Origin: Chthonomonadaceae bacterium
GTDB lineage: Bacteria; Armatimonadota; Chthonomonadetes; Chthonomonadales; Chthonomonadaceae
Direction: 5' to 3'
Length of the DNA: 43,633 bases
NCBI GenBank assembly: GCA_035650735.1
Contig: DASRGZ010000164.1
Span: 1 to 43,633 of the forward strand
In this document: piece by piece, positions 8,223 to 17,973 of the stretch
Numbering within the stretch: position 1 is the stretch's first letter
How the letters are laid out: every line of letters starts with the position of its first letter
Position numbers and translations under genes: made by a program
Notes under the pieces: generated by a model
Databases searched by the model: none
Seen by the model: the letters and a program-made list of their open reading frames with translations, nothing else
What the model was told of the DNA's origin: nothing

Positions 8223-10359
8223 AGCCGGCCTGGATGTGGAGGGTGGGCACGCCAGCGCCCCGCTCCAGCCGTAGGCCGTCCTTATCATGAAAGCGCAACC
8301 GATGCGTCTGGCCGTCCCGGAAGGCGATGTCGGCGGCAATCTGCGCCCCTTCGGCCTGCCCAGGCGTGACGATTAGCACCGGAACGGGATGGCCCTCGGG
8401 AGCCGGGGCAAAAACATACAGAAAGCGCACCGTGCCCTTCCCTTTCTGGGTGAAGTAGACGCAGGGACGGGGAAACGCGCCGGTCAGGGCGTGCTCACGA
8501 GGCAGCCAACCCTGCACGAACGGCTGCTCCTGTCCCTGAATAATGCGCACCTGTAGTTCCGGCGTCGGCAGCGGAAAGATGCCAAGCTGGGCTCCCTTTG
8601 CATTCTGCGTAACCACGCTGCGGAGCCCTTCATCCACCAGGACGGCGGGAGTGTCCAGGTGAAAGGTGCTCTCGTAGGTATGCTCGGCGGCGTCTGAGGG
8701 GGTCAGGGTGTCCAGGACGATCCAGTAGTCCGGCTTGACGAAGAGAATGCGGCGGGTGTGGACGACCTGCTTCAAGCGGCTCGGCCCCCAGCCCTCCTCC
8801 GGCAGCGTTCCAAACGAGGCGGCGGCGTAATCGTATTCGGGCGCGGTCTGCCAGGTGAGCGCAACGGGGGCTTTGGCCACGTAGGCGTTGCCGGTCAGGC
8901 CACCGCGATGCTGCTCCAGGCCGTCCACGTGGATGACGTTATGCCCGCGCGCCGATAGGACGTATTGGCGCATCGCCGAGGCGTCGTAAGCGTACGATCC
9001 GGCATCGAAGACCAGGCGCGTCCCGAAGGCGTGCAATACAAACGACAGCTTATCTTCATGCTGATGCGCGTAGCCGAACGGCCCGCCGTCCATCAGCAGG
9101 AAACGGGCCTGCCGGTCCCATCCTGAGCGCATCAGCGCCCAGCCCGCATAGGGAAACAGGTGGGAGGCGTGGTCAGGGCGCTGGCCCTCCTTGCCCTCGG
9201 AGGCGATCCAGGCCCAGTCCTTGCGGGTCGGAAAGAACTCTACGCCCTCGCGCAGCACTTTGGGCACGTCAATGCGCCAGGAGTCGTTGAGGGGCGGCAC
9301 GTCGCGATCCGGCGACATCGCCCACAGGTTGAGCGCGTACATCTTCTCCAGCCCGGCCTGGTAGCCGTCGGGCAGGGGAATGGCGTTCAGGCGGGCCAGC
9401 CGCAGCGTGCCCACGAAGCAGAGCAGCACGACGTTGTGGTAGCCTGGCGTCAGCTCGATCTGCGCGCCGTCGGGATAGACCTGCGCCTCCAACTGCTGCC
9501 GCAGCCGGTGGAGCGCGTTCTGGCGCCAGCGCGCCGCGTTCTTGAGCTCCGGGAAGAGCGCGCCGACATGGAACTCGCCGTTAGCCTCCAGGCAGAGCCA
9601 GTTGCCGGTGGTGGGGAAGGCGTCCAGGTAGTCGGCATGACGGCGCATACTGTCCACCATGCTGAGCAGGACGTCATCGGGGAAGAGATCGGGATGGCGC
9701 ACCAGATGGTAGAAGACGTAGGGCCAGGAGGTGAACATACGGATGCCCGCGTCAATGGTGCGCCAGCGGGAGAAGGCGTTCTGATCGGCCCAGCCAGGCG
9801 GCGGATTGGCGCGTATCCAATCTGCGATCTCCCGCGTCAGTTCCTGGGCGTAGCGCGCATCGCCGGTCGCCGAATAGGCGGCGGCCATCTTGCGCCAGAT
9901 GACGTGCCGGTTAAGCTGCCACGTCCATTCGTGGTCGGGCGGCCAGGGGGAGCCAGGCTGCGTGGTCGGGTTATAGGCCCAGTCTATTTTAGGGCCAAAG
10001 GTGTGACGGATGCCGACCGAATCGAAGGTGTGCTGGAGGGCGCGGGCCGCTTCGGCCAGGTCGTCGGCGGAGATGTCTTTGGGTGGCGCGGCGGGATCGA
10101 AAAACCATCGGGGCGCGGTGCGCGTGCGCAGATGGCGCGCGAAGGCGGCGCGCGCCTCCACTGTGTCGCCTCTCTCCATCGCCACCTTCACGGCGCTCAT
10201 ATCGGGTTGGGAGAGATCCAGCGCCTCCAGCAGCGGGTCTTTCCCTGTCGCCTGGGCCATGACCATCTCCTCTGGGAACGCCGTCTGGAGCATTGTAGCC
10301 CCGGCCAGCCCCGCAATAAACTTCCGTCGCGCGATCCTTCTTGCGTCGGGCATACCCAT
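8221..10359 (-). CDS. Heparinase II/III-like polysaccharide lyase with Tat signal
   Basis: ARRKFIAGLAG twin-arginine signal; EWTWQLNRH, GNW, QVYPDGAQIELTPGYH, HQHEDKLSF and GHNVIHVDG motifs. Start reassigned to 10359 (or 10353). Confidence 0.85.
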   Translation of the reverse strand: MGMPDARRIARRKFIAGLAGATMLQTAFPEEMVMAQATGKDPLLEALDLSQPDMSAVKVAMERGDTVEARAAFARHLRTRTAPRWFFDPAAPPKDISADDLAEAARALQHTFDSVGIRHTFGPKIDWAYNPTTQPGSPWPPDHEWTWQLNRHVIWRKMAAAYSATGDARYAQELTREIADWIRANPPPGWADQNAFSRWRTIDAGIRMFTSWPYVFYHLVRHPDLFPDDVLLSMVDSMRRHADYLDAFPTTGNWLCLEANGEFHVGALFPELKNAARWRQNALHRLRQQLEAQVYPDGAQIELTPGYHNVVLLCFVGTLRLARLNAIPLPDGYQAGLEKMYALNLWAMSPDRDVPPLNDSWRIDVPKVLREGVEFFPTRKDWAWIASEGKEGQRPDHASHLFPYAGWALMRSGWDRQARFLLMDGGPFGYAHQHEDKLSFVLHAFGTRLVFDAGSYAYDASAMRQYVLSARGHNVIHVDGLEQHRGGLTGNAYVAKAPVALTWQTAPEYDYAAASFGTLPEEGWGPSRLKQVVHTRRILFVKPDYWIVLDTLTPSDAAEHTYESTFHLDTPAVLVDEGLRSVVTQNAKGAQLGIFPLPTPELQVRIIQGQEQPFVQGWLPREHALTGAFPRPCVYFTQKGKGTVRFLYVFAPAPEGHPVPVLIVTPGQAEGAQIAADIAFRDGQTHRLRFHDKDGLRLERGAGVPTLHIQAG

Positions 10360-10384
10360 TATGTCCTCAAAGCCTATTGCTCGC

Positions 10385-10515
10385 GACAGGCTGAACCCTG
10401 CCGCTGTGGGGCGCAAAGCGCCCGTCGCCCACGTAGGTGGGCGAGATATTCTGCCTGCGCAGGCAGAGGCAAACCCCGGCTTCTGCTCTCCCCTCTCCCG
10501 CAGCGTCGGGAGAGA
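10385..10515. repeat. REP-like palindrome cluster (inverted orientation)
   Basis: Reverse complements of the modules seen at 3738-3850 and 6720-6925. Confidence 0.8.
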
Positions 10516-10759
10516 GCCGTCGCCGAGGACCCAATGGAAAACAAAATAGCCCCGTGTGCCGCTATTTTCTTCGGGGAGGGCAAGAACCCCTGCCCAACGG
10601 TTGACTTTCCTGACACGAACGACTATAATCACTGCCAGTATTATCCGCCCCACCGCATGATTTTGCCATCCTTGCAGCAAACGGAACAAACGCTCAACCC
10701 CCTTCGTCAGCTAGAGGCGCGCTTCGGGGAAAAGAGGGGAACCGTTGGTGATTGGGAGT

Positions 10760-11809
10760 ATGCGCGCTGCGGTCTATCGCGGCGTCAACCGGGTCTGTGT
10801 TGAGGAGATCGAGGTGCCGCAGATCGGTCCGCGCGAGGTGCTGGTGCGCGTGGCGGCCTGCGGCGTCTGCGGCACTGACCTCAAGAAAATCCATTACGGC
10901 CTTGTCCCTCCGCCCCGCATCTTCGGCCACGAGACCGCCGGGACTATCGCCGCCGTCGGCGCGGAAGTTGCGGGCTGGGCAGTCGGGGATCGCGTCGTTG
11001 TCAACCACCACGTTCCCTGCCTGTCTCCCGATTGTTTCTTCTGCCGGCGCCGCGCCTTCTCTCAGTGCCCCACCTACAAACAGACCGGCACGACTGCCGG
11101 GTTTGAGCCGTCGGGCGGCGGCTTTGCCGAGTACGTGCGCGTGCTGGACTGGTGCGTCAACGGCGGCATGGTAGGCATTCCCGACGGCGTGACGTTTGAG
11201 GAGGCGAGCTTCGTCGAGCCGCTCAATACCGTGCTCAAGGGCGTGGAGAGGGCAGGCGTGCAGGCGGGCGATACGGCCCTGGTCATCGGGCAGGGGCCAA
11301 TCGGCCTGCTGTTTACGCAGGTGGCGCGGCTCAAAGGCGCGCGCGTTGTTGCTACCGATAGGCTTGATTATCGCCTGGAAATCTCCCGGCGGCTGGGCGC
11401 GGACGCGGCCATCAATCCCGATACGGAGGACGTGAGCGCCGCCATCCGCATGCTTTCGGAGGGACGCGGGGCCGACCTGGCTGTCGTCGCCGTTCCCACG
11501 ACGCGCGTGGTGGCGCAGGCGTTCGCCGCCGTGCGTCCGGCGGGCAAAGTCCTGCTCTTTGCCCAGACCCGTTTGAACGACCTCCTGGAAGTGGACGCCG
11601 GAGCGGTCTGTATGCAGGAGAAAGCCCTGCTCGGCTCCTACAGCAGCGACATCACGTTGCAGCCGCAGGCCGCCGATCTCATTTTCCATCGCCGCGTGGA
11701 TGTGCGCGCGCTTATCTCCCACCGCTTTGGGCTGGACGCCATCGCAGAGGCGTTCGACCTGGCGGCGCATCCGCGCGAGAACTCCCTTAAAGTTGTGGTG
11801 ATGCCGTGA
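10760..11809 (+). CDS. Zn-dependent (MDR) alcohol/polyol dehydrogenase
   Basis: CGTD, GHE, structural Zn Cys cluster and GQGPIG Rossmann motif. Confidence 0.9.
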   Translation: MRAAVYRGVNRVCVEEIEVPQIGPREVLVRVAACGVCGTDLKKIHYGLVPPPRIFGHETAGTIAAVGAEVAGWAVGDRVVVNHHVPCLSPDCFFCRRRAFSQCPTYKQTGTTAGFEPSGGGFAEYVRVLDWCVNGGMVGIPDGVTFEEASFVEPLNTVLKGVERAGVQAGDTALVIGQGPIGLLFTQVARLKGARVVATDRLDYRLEISRRLGADAAINPDTEDVSAAIRMLSEGRGADLAVVAVPTTRVVAQAFAAVRPAGKVLLFAQTRLNDLLEVDAGAVCMQEKALLGSYSSDITLQPQAADLIFHRRVDVRALISHRFGLDAIAEAFDLAAHPRENSLKVVVMP

Positions 11810-12999
11810 CCGATTCGACGCAGATGCGATGGCCTTCAGGCCCTGTTCCGACAGCCGTTGGGGCGGAAACGCTCCCGACCCCGGACCTCCTCCGCAGTCC
11901 CGACCCACATTCGGTTTCCTCCCAGGCTGTGGTGGCCTTTACGCCCGCGCGCATGACCGCCGCCGTCCTCTATGGCCGGGAAGACGTGCGGATTGAGCGT
12001 GTGGCCGTGCCGGAAGTGGGGCCGGGCGAGGTGCGCGTGCGCATCGCGGCGGCGCTGACCTGCGGCACGGACATCAAAGTCTTCCGGCGCGGCTACCATG
12101 CCCGCATGATCCGCCCGCCCGCCATCTTCGGCCACGAGTTCGCGGGCGTCATCGAGGCCATTGGGCCGGGCGTAGAGGGCTGGCAGGTCGGACAGCGCGT
12201 GGTCGCGGCCAATTCCGCGCCCTGCGGGGAGTGCTTCTACTGCCGCCGCAGCCTGGCCGAGCTCTGCGAGGATCTGCTCTTCTTAAACGGGGCCTACGCC
12301 GAGTATATCACCATCCCGGCGCGCATCGTGGAGAAGAACCTGCTGCCGCTGCCGGCGCACGTCGCCTTTGAGGAGGCGGCCCTGATGGAGCCGCTGGCGT
12401 GCGTGGTGCGCGGCATGGAGGAGGTTCCCATCGAGGCGGGCGAGACGGTGGCGGTGCTGGGCGCGGGGCCGATTGGTCTGATGTTCATACGGCTCTGCAA
12501 GCTGGCCGGGGCGCGCGTGTTGGCCGCCGGTCGCCGTCCGGAGCGCCTGGCGCTGGCCGCGCGCATGGGCGCCGACGAGATCTATAACGTGGGCGAGATA
12601 GAGGACATCGCCGCCACGCTGAAAGCCCGGACGGAGGGCGGGCGCGGCGCAGATAAAGTGATCGAGGCGGTGGGCACGCCGGAAGCCTGGAAAACGGCCC
12701 TTCTCATCGCCCGCAAAGCCGCCACCGTCAGCCTCTTCGGGGGCTGCCCCGCCGATACCGCCATCACCCTGGACACGCACCGCGTCCACTACGATGAATT
12801 GACCATCAAGGGCACGTTCCACCACACGCCGCAGACCGTCCGCGCTGCCCTGAGCCTGATCGCCGAAGGCCACATTCCGGCGCGGGAATTCATTCAACAG
12901 CGCGCCCCGCTTGCCGAACTGCCTTGTATCCTGGCCTCGCTGCTCAACGGCAACAGCGCCGTTAAGGTCGCCATCGAGCCGCCCTTCCCCTCCCTGTAA
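11806..12999 (+). CDS. Second Zn-dependent (MDR) alcohol/polyol dehydrogenase
   Basis: CGTD, GHE, CGECFYC and GAGPIG motifs. GTGA overlap with the upstream gene; alternative start ATG 11953. Confidence 0.9.
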   Translation: MTDSTQMRWPSGPVPTAVGAETLPTPDLLRSPDPHSVSSQAVVAFTPARMTAAVLYGREDVRIERVAVPEVGPGEVRVRIAAALTCGTDIKVFRRGYHARMIRPPAIFGHEFAGVIEAIGPGVEGWQVGQRVVAANSAPCGECFYCRRSLAELCEDLLFLNGAYAEYITIPARIVEKNLLPLPAHVAFEEAALMEPLACVVRGMEEVPIEAGETVAVLGAGPIGLMFIRLCKLAGARVLAAGRRPERLALAARMGADEIYNVGEIEDIAATLKARTEGGRGADKVIEAVGTPEAWKTALLIARKAATVSLFGGCPADTAITLDTHRVHYDELTIKGTFHHTPQTVRAALSLIAEGHIPAREFIQQRAPLAELPCILASLLNGNSAVKVAIEPPFPSL

Positions 13000-13045
13000 A
13001 CTATAATTTTTATTTGTGTTACAATTAAAGAGGGAGGTGGCCAAG

Positions 13046-13771
13046 ATGGAACGTGACGATCTTTTCCAGCGGCAGCAGCCATTGATCACCGATTTTGCCT
13101 TCGATAGCGACACCGCCAATGTCTTCGATGACATGGTGAGCCGCTCGGTGCCCTTCTACCAGGAGATCCAGCGGATGGTGGCCGAGATGGCCGCCGATTT
13201 CGCGGTGGAGGGAACCAACCTCTACGACCTGGGGTGCGCTACCGGGACGACGCTCCTGGCGCTCGATCCGGTCGTCAGCGAGGGCGTTCGGTTCGTGGGC
13301 ATTGATAACTCGGAGGAGATGCTTGCCAAGGCGCAGCGCAAGTTCGGTGAGGCCGGGCTGCGACATCGCTACGAACTGCGCCTGGCCGATCTGAATCAGG
13401 ATTTTTCCGTTGAGAACGCGTCGGTCGTCATCATGATCCTGACCTTGCAGTTCGTCCGGCCCCTGTATCGGAGCCGTGTCATTCGCAATATTGCGCGCGG
13501 GTTGCAGCATCAGGGGTGTTTGATCGTAGTGGAAAAGGTAACTACCGCCGATACGCTGCTCAATCGTCTCTTCATCAAGTATTACTACGAGATGAAGCGG
13601 CGCAACGGATATTCCGAGCTGGAGATCGCCCGCAAGCGCGAAGCGCTGGAAAACGTGCTTATCCCCTATCGGATGGAAGAGAATCGGGAACTGCTGGTAT
13701 CCGAAGGGTTCCGCGACTGCGAGGAGTTCTTCCGCTGGTATAACTTCGTGGGGTTTGTGGGAGTGAAATGA
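13046..13771 (+). CDS. cmoA: Carboxy-S-adenosyl-L-methionine synthase CmoA
   Basis: [28 protein letters not shown] and [17 protein letters not shown] (CmoA catalytic Arg region); GGAGG RBS. Confidence 0.9.
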   Translation: MERDDLFQRQQPLITDFAFDSDTANVFDDMVSRSVPFYQEIQRMVAEMAADFAVEGTNLYDLGCATGTTLLALDPVVSEGVRFVGIDNSEEMLAKAQRKFGEAGLRHRYELRLADLNQDFSVENASVVIMILTLQFVRPLYRSRVIRNIARGLQHQGCLIVVEKVTTADTLLNRLFIKYYYEMKRRNGYSELEIARKREALENVLIPYRMEENRELLVSEGFRDCEEFFRWYNFVGFVGVK

Positions 13772-14559
13772 TGGATGCGGCCTCGAATGCGTCTCCCTCA
13801 GGCTTTATAGAAAGGATCGGGCACTTCTTATTTCGGTGGCGCAATTTTCTCTTTCCCTTGATCCTGCTGGCGCTGCTGTTAGGGTTCCCTCCGGTGCCCT
13901 TTCTGGGCGACCCCCGTCTGGACCGCTGGCTGGATGCGACAGGCATTCTGGTCGCGCTGCTGGGGCAGGGGCTGCGCGCGGCGGTGATCGGCTACAAGTA
14001 CATCATCCGGGGCGGCAAGAAGGGGCGGGTCTACGCCGAGGACCTGGTGACGGAAGGGATGTTCAACCACTCCCGCAATCCGCTCTATGTGGGCAACCTG
14101 CTGGTGCTGATCGGGCTGTTCATCCTTCACAACAATCCCTGGGTCTACGCGCTGGGCCTGTCGTTCTTTATCTTTGCCTATGTCGCTATCGTTGTCGCCG
14201 AAGAGGCGTACCTGCATCGGCGCTTTGGGGCGGCGTATCGGGACTACTGCCGCCGCGTGCCCCGGTGGATACCCAACTTTCGCGGGGTCCGCGAGTCGGT
14301 CAAAGGGATGCGCTTTGATCGCAAGGAGGTCATCTTTACCGAGTTCGGCTCCACGTATACCTGGATCGTGACGGCGCTGCTGATCCTGGCCTACCAGGCG
14401 CGGATGGAGCCTCCCTCCCCTCAGAAAGACACCTACCTCCTCGTCCTGGCGGGCCTGTTCCTCCTGGCAACGGCGACCTGGGTTTTCTGGCGCTACTGGA
14501 AGCGCGTGCTGTTACCCCGCCTTGAGCGCGCGGCAGAAAGGCGGTCGGAGCAGGCTTAG
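13768..14559 (+). CDS. ICMT/PEMT-family integral membrane methyltransferase
   Basis: [31 protein letters not shown] and several TM helices; ATGA overlap with cmoA. Confidence 0.85.
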   Translation: MMDAASNASPSGFIERIGHFLFRWRNFLFPLILLALLLGFPPVPFLGDPRLDRWLDATGILVALLGQGLRAAVIGYKYIIRGGKKGRVYAEDLVTEGMFNHSRNPLYVGNLLVLIGLFILHNNPWVYALGLSFFIFAYVAIVVAEEAYLHRRFGAAYRDYCRRVPRWIPNFRGVRESVKGMRFDRKEVIFTEFGSTYTWIVTALLILAYQARMEPPSPQKDTYLLVLAGLFLLATATWVFWRYWKRVLLPRLERAAERRSEQA

Positions 14560-14570
14560 GAATCTACCCA

Positions 14571-14960
14571 GTGGGCAAGCTAACGTTAGAGGAGGTTATA
14601 AACCGCTTCGGAACGGCAACAGAGAGGCGACAGGAACTTTGTGAACGGTTCCAGGAACGGCTTGGCGTCGTGCAATCCACCGGAGAATTACGCCGCGTAT
14701 GGCTATTCGGAAGCTTTGCAACCGATAAGCCAGAGCCGGACGATCTGGATATATTGGCATTGTTCGCGTCCGGGTTTGCTCCGGCAACGCTACCGGAAAA
14801 CGTGAGACCCTGGTTCGACCATGAGTTGTGCCGGGAGTTGCATGAAATAGACCTTTTCTATTTAACCGAACAAGCATCCGATGAGACGCTTAACTTGATC
14901 CTTGGCGCATTTGGCCGTGACCGCAGCGGTAGGGACTCCATTCTGGAGGTTATGTTCTGA
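14571..14960 (+). CDS. Minimal nucleotidyltransferase-fold protein (DUF6932-like)
   Basis: LFGSFATDKPEPDDLDIL is a GS..DxD pol-beta motif; lower GC than its neighbours. Confidence 0.75.
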   Translation: MGKLTLEEVINRFGTATERRQELCERFQERLGVVQSTGELRRVWLFGSFATDKPEPDDLDILALFASGFAPATLPENVRPWFDHELCRELHEIDLFYLTEQASDETLNLILGAFGRDRSGRDSILEVMF

Positions 14961-15166
14961 TCAGGTCAGAAGAAGAGTGTAAGGCAACCCGTGAGTATGC
15001 AGATCGGCTTCAGCAGATATTGCTTGATCTCGGCCGAACCCATGCGGCGAATCAGTTTGAACATATGAGTAAATCCTTCGTGAAGGAATTGGCGAAGGCC
15101 CAGCGTGAGATGCTCCTTTACCTTGCCTCCCCTATATCTCCTGAGCAACAAAGAGATGCTGCTTAG
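14957..15166 (+). CDS. Small helical protein (69 aa, CTG start), probable partner of the nucleotidyltransferase
   Basis: GGAGG 7 nt upstream of a CTG that overlaps the upstream TGA; reads (M)IRSEEECKATREYADRLQQ...QQRDAA*. Confidence 0.55.
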   Translation: MIRSEEECKATREYADRLQQILLDLGRTHAANQFEHMSKSFVKELAKAQREMLLYLASPISPEQQRDAA

Positions 15167-15222
15167 TTGTGCTTGCTCGGAGTTAAGAGCCGTAGATACG
15201 ATGGCCGCGTTGGAGGATAGAC

Positions 15223-15666
15223 TTGTATCCCGTGCAGGAGCAGGTATCTGCCGGCGGCGTGGCGTTTCGCCGGGGGCCGTCCGGGATGGAGGTCGCTCTT
15301 ATCTCGGTCGGCTCTCCGGCACGCTGGCAGCTTCCGAAGGGGCTTGTGGCCGAAGGAGAAAGCCCGGAGGAGGCAGCACTGCGGGAGGTGCGGGAGGAGG
15401 CGGGCCTGGAGACGGAGATTGTCTCCCCGCTGGACGTGATCGAATACTGGTACGTCGGCCACTATCGAGGCCAGCGGGTGCGGTTCCACAAGTTCGTGCA
15501 TTTCTTCCTGATGGCCTACCGCGCGGGAGACGTGCGCGATCACGATTACGAGGTCCATGAGGCGCGCTGGTTCGACGTGGAGGAGGCTATCCAACGGCTC
15601 GCCTTTGCGAGCGAGAAGGCGGTTGTTGAGAAGGCCAGGGAGCGGGCCGCAGCCCAGGGGCCATGA
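15223..15666 (+). CDS. NUDIX hydrolase
   Basis: Nudix box GLVAEGESPEEAALREVREEAG; GGAGG RBS with TTG start. Confidence 0.9.
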   Translation: MYPVQEQVSAGGVAFRRGPSGMEVALISVGSPARWQLPKGLVAEGESPEEAALREVREEAGLETEIVSPLDVIEYWYVGHYRGQRVRFHKFVHFFLMAYRAGDVRDHDYEVHEARWFDVEEAIQRLAFASEKAVVEKARERAAAQGP

Positions 15667-15701
15667 GGAGAAGAACCGTGCCCGGCTCCATTGCCAGGGC
15701 C

Positions 15702-17116
15702 TCACTCAGGGAGGTGAACCCGGTACAGCGTTTGTTTGATCTGGGTGTGGGCATCATCGTCGGTCAGCCAGGCCCAGAGGCTACGGTGCTCTTCCAGATT
15801 CAGAAAGTAGAAATAGCCGCCGTCAAACCACATTGAATTCGTCTGGCCTGGAAGTTTGCACACGACCTCGACGGGGTCGGCGCGTTCGGGATGCAGGCGG
15901 CAAAGATACTGGGGCTGTTTTGCAGCCTGGGCCGCTGTGGGCAGTTCGCTGGGGTAGGGATCAGCCAGGCGGAAGTAGAGTGCGCCGCGATGCAGGCTAA
16001 GAGGAGCGGTCAGCCGCTTGCGCAGGGCCGGCAGCGAGAATAGGACGCGCCTATCCGAGCCATCCCTGTCGGTGCTGACAAGCTGCGTCGCATCATCGAG
16101 GCGCGGTACACGGCGCTGTCTCAGAGAGTCAACGGTTTCGGAAGCAAACCAATACAGGCGGCCCTGGTACTCAACCGGAGCTACAAAGTACAGATCCGCC
16201 TCGAAATTGGGCAGGACATGAGGCTTGTCGTCGCCGGGCTGCATGGAGCAGAGGTCAACCCGCGTGTCGGGGAAGGGATGTGGCTCCGTCCAGAACACGC
16301 TCTCGGCGCCTGCAAATAACAACGTGGAGGCGGAGAGGCCGAAGCAGAGCTTGCGTGTGGCGCCGTCCGCCAGGGAGGTAATCATTAGATCGCTATGACC
16401 CCGGACCTCATCCCAGGTCTCGTCGCCCCGCGTTACTTGCACTCTCTCATCCGGGCCAGCCTTGATCCAGTACACATACTTCCCGATGATTCTCGATTGC
16501 AAACTCTCTGCGGGAATGCTGGCAACCTCCTGTGGGGAACCGCCGCGCAGAGGCACACGACGCACGTGGAACCTGGGATAATCACGCTGGGATAATCACG
16601 CCGGAATGGAGGGACCACAACCCGCTTTTCGGGAATGCCAGAATGGGAGGGAGGTTTGCCCTCTGCCAGGCGAAACGTTCCCAGATAGACGATGCGACTG
16701 GCCATGCTTGTCCCACCATAGCTGGGTATTTGCTGACGTGGGACAAGCTCGTAGACAATATCTGTATCCGTGAACGTGAGATTGTAGGGGCCTCCGAAGG
16801 CAATGTGTGGCAGGCGGAGCGACTCGCGCACGACCTCTCTCTGCTTGCCTCCGGTGACGGGCCAGGCATAGATGGTAAACGTATTGAGGGCGTTGTTCTG
16901 CCAGTACATCTCTCCGTTATGGATATATCGCAGCCCCTCCGCTGGCAGCCGCGCTTCCGTCAGGCGCTCCGGCTGCTGGTGGCGCGTGTGCAGCCAGCGT
17001 GCCACCACAATAACGGCGCAGAGGAAAAGAATTTGCCAGGCAAGCTGTCGGGCGTTGATGGCGCGCTGCTGGGCAGGGAGGCCTGTATTTTTCTCTCGGG
17101 CCGTTTTCGATGTCAT
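15702..17116 (-). pseudogene. Membrane-anchored, putative beta-propeller protein split by a 14-bp tandem duplication
   Basis: ORFs 16433-17215 and 15702-16565 join in frame if one CTGGGATAATCACG copy (16573-16600) is removed. N-terminal TM helix and repeated YW/FW strands. Confidence 0.75.
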
Positions 17117-17227
17117 GGGCGCTCGCAGCCTATGGATGGATTGGGAGGAACGTCTCTCCGTTTTCCGGCAGCCATAGAGATTCCTCCTCAGTCCTCCCTG
17201 CGCGGGGCGCATCATCGATCAAGAAAA

Positions 17228-17272
17228 CGCCTCTCCCCTCTCCCGCAGGCCGGGAGAGAGGCCGGGGATGAG
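17228..17272. repeat. CCCCTCTCCC..GGGAGAG palindromic repeat
   Basis: Same module as at 3738, 34936 and 38499. Confidence 0.65.
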
Positions 17273-17307
17273 GACCATGTTCAAATCAGGAGATAGCAGG
17301 AGATAGA

Positions 17308-17973
17308 ATGATAGAGGTTAACGAGCCCCGGCTGCTCTCGGTGCAGGTCGGCAGGCCGCGCACGATGGAGTGGGAGGGCCAGACCTGGACGAGCGACATC
17401 TATAAAGCGCCGGTATCGGAGCGCCTGTTCCTCGACCGGACGAACCTGAACGGGGACAAACAGGCCAATACCCGGCATCATGGCGGGCCGGATAAGGCTG
17501 TCTGCTGCTTCTCGATAGAGCACTATCCCTTCTGGCGCGAAGAATTGGGGCGCGGGGAGGATTTTACCTTTGGCGCTTTCGGCGAGAACTTCACGCTGGC
17601 CGGAATGACCGAGGAGCGGGTCTGCATTGGCGACGTCTATGCGGTCGGAACGGCGCGCGTGCAGGTCAGCCAGCCGCGCCAGCCCTGCATCAACCTGGCC
17701 CGAAAATGGGGCCATGAGGAGATGCCCAGGCGGATGCAGCAGTTAGGGCACAGCGGCTTCTACCTGCGCGTGCTTCAGACGGGCGAGGTCGGCACGGGCG
17801 ATGCGTTTGCCTTGCTGGAACGGCCCAACCCGCAGATCACCGTCGCCGTCGTGAACGCCGCGATCTACAACAAAGCGGGCGGGCCGGAGATGGCGAAGCG
17901 GCTTGCGACCTTGTCTGAGCTCGCCCGAAGCTGCCGCTGGATTTTTGTCCGCCGCCTGGGTTCGCGCCATTAG
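17308..17973 (+). CDS. MOSC-domain protein (YiiM-like)
   Basis: GDKQA..HHGGPDKAV, FGENF, VSQPRQPC and GFYLRVLQTGEV motifs. Confidence 0.92.
   Translation: MIEVNEPRLLSVQVGRPRTMEWEGQTWTSDIYKAPVSERLFLDRTNLNGDKQANTRHHGGPDKAVCCFSIEHYPFWREELGRGEDFTFGAFGENFTLAGMTEERVCIGDVYAVGTARVQVSQPRQPCINLARKWGHEEMPRRMQQLGHSGFYLRVLQTGEVGTGDAFALLERPNPQITVAVVNAAIYNKAGGPEMAKRLATLSELARSCRWIFVRRLGSRH

Noticed and set aside
10360..10689. N-terminal 110 aa of the 822-aa ORF
   Set aside because: It is read-through across REP repeats; the Tat signal and RBS place the start at ~10359/10353.
9160..10803. 547-aa + strand ORF and similar long antisense ORFs (e.g. 10694-11908, 27466-28695)
   Set aside because: Shadow frames of real GC-rich genes on the opposite strand.
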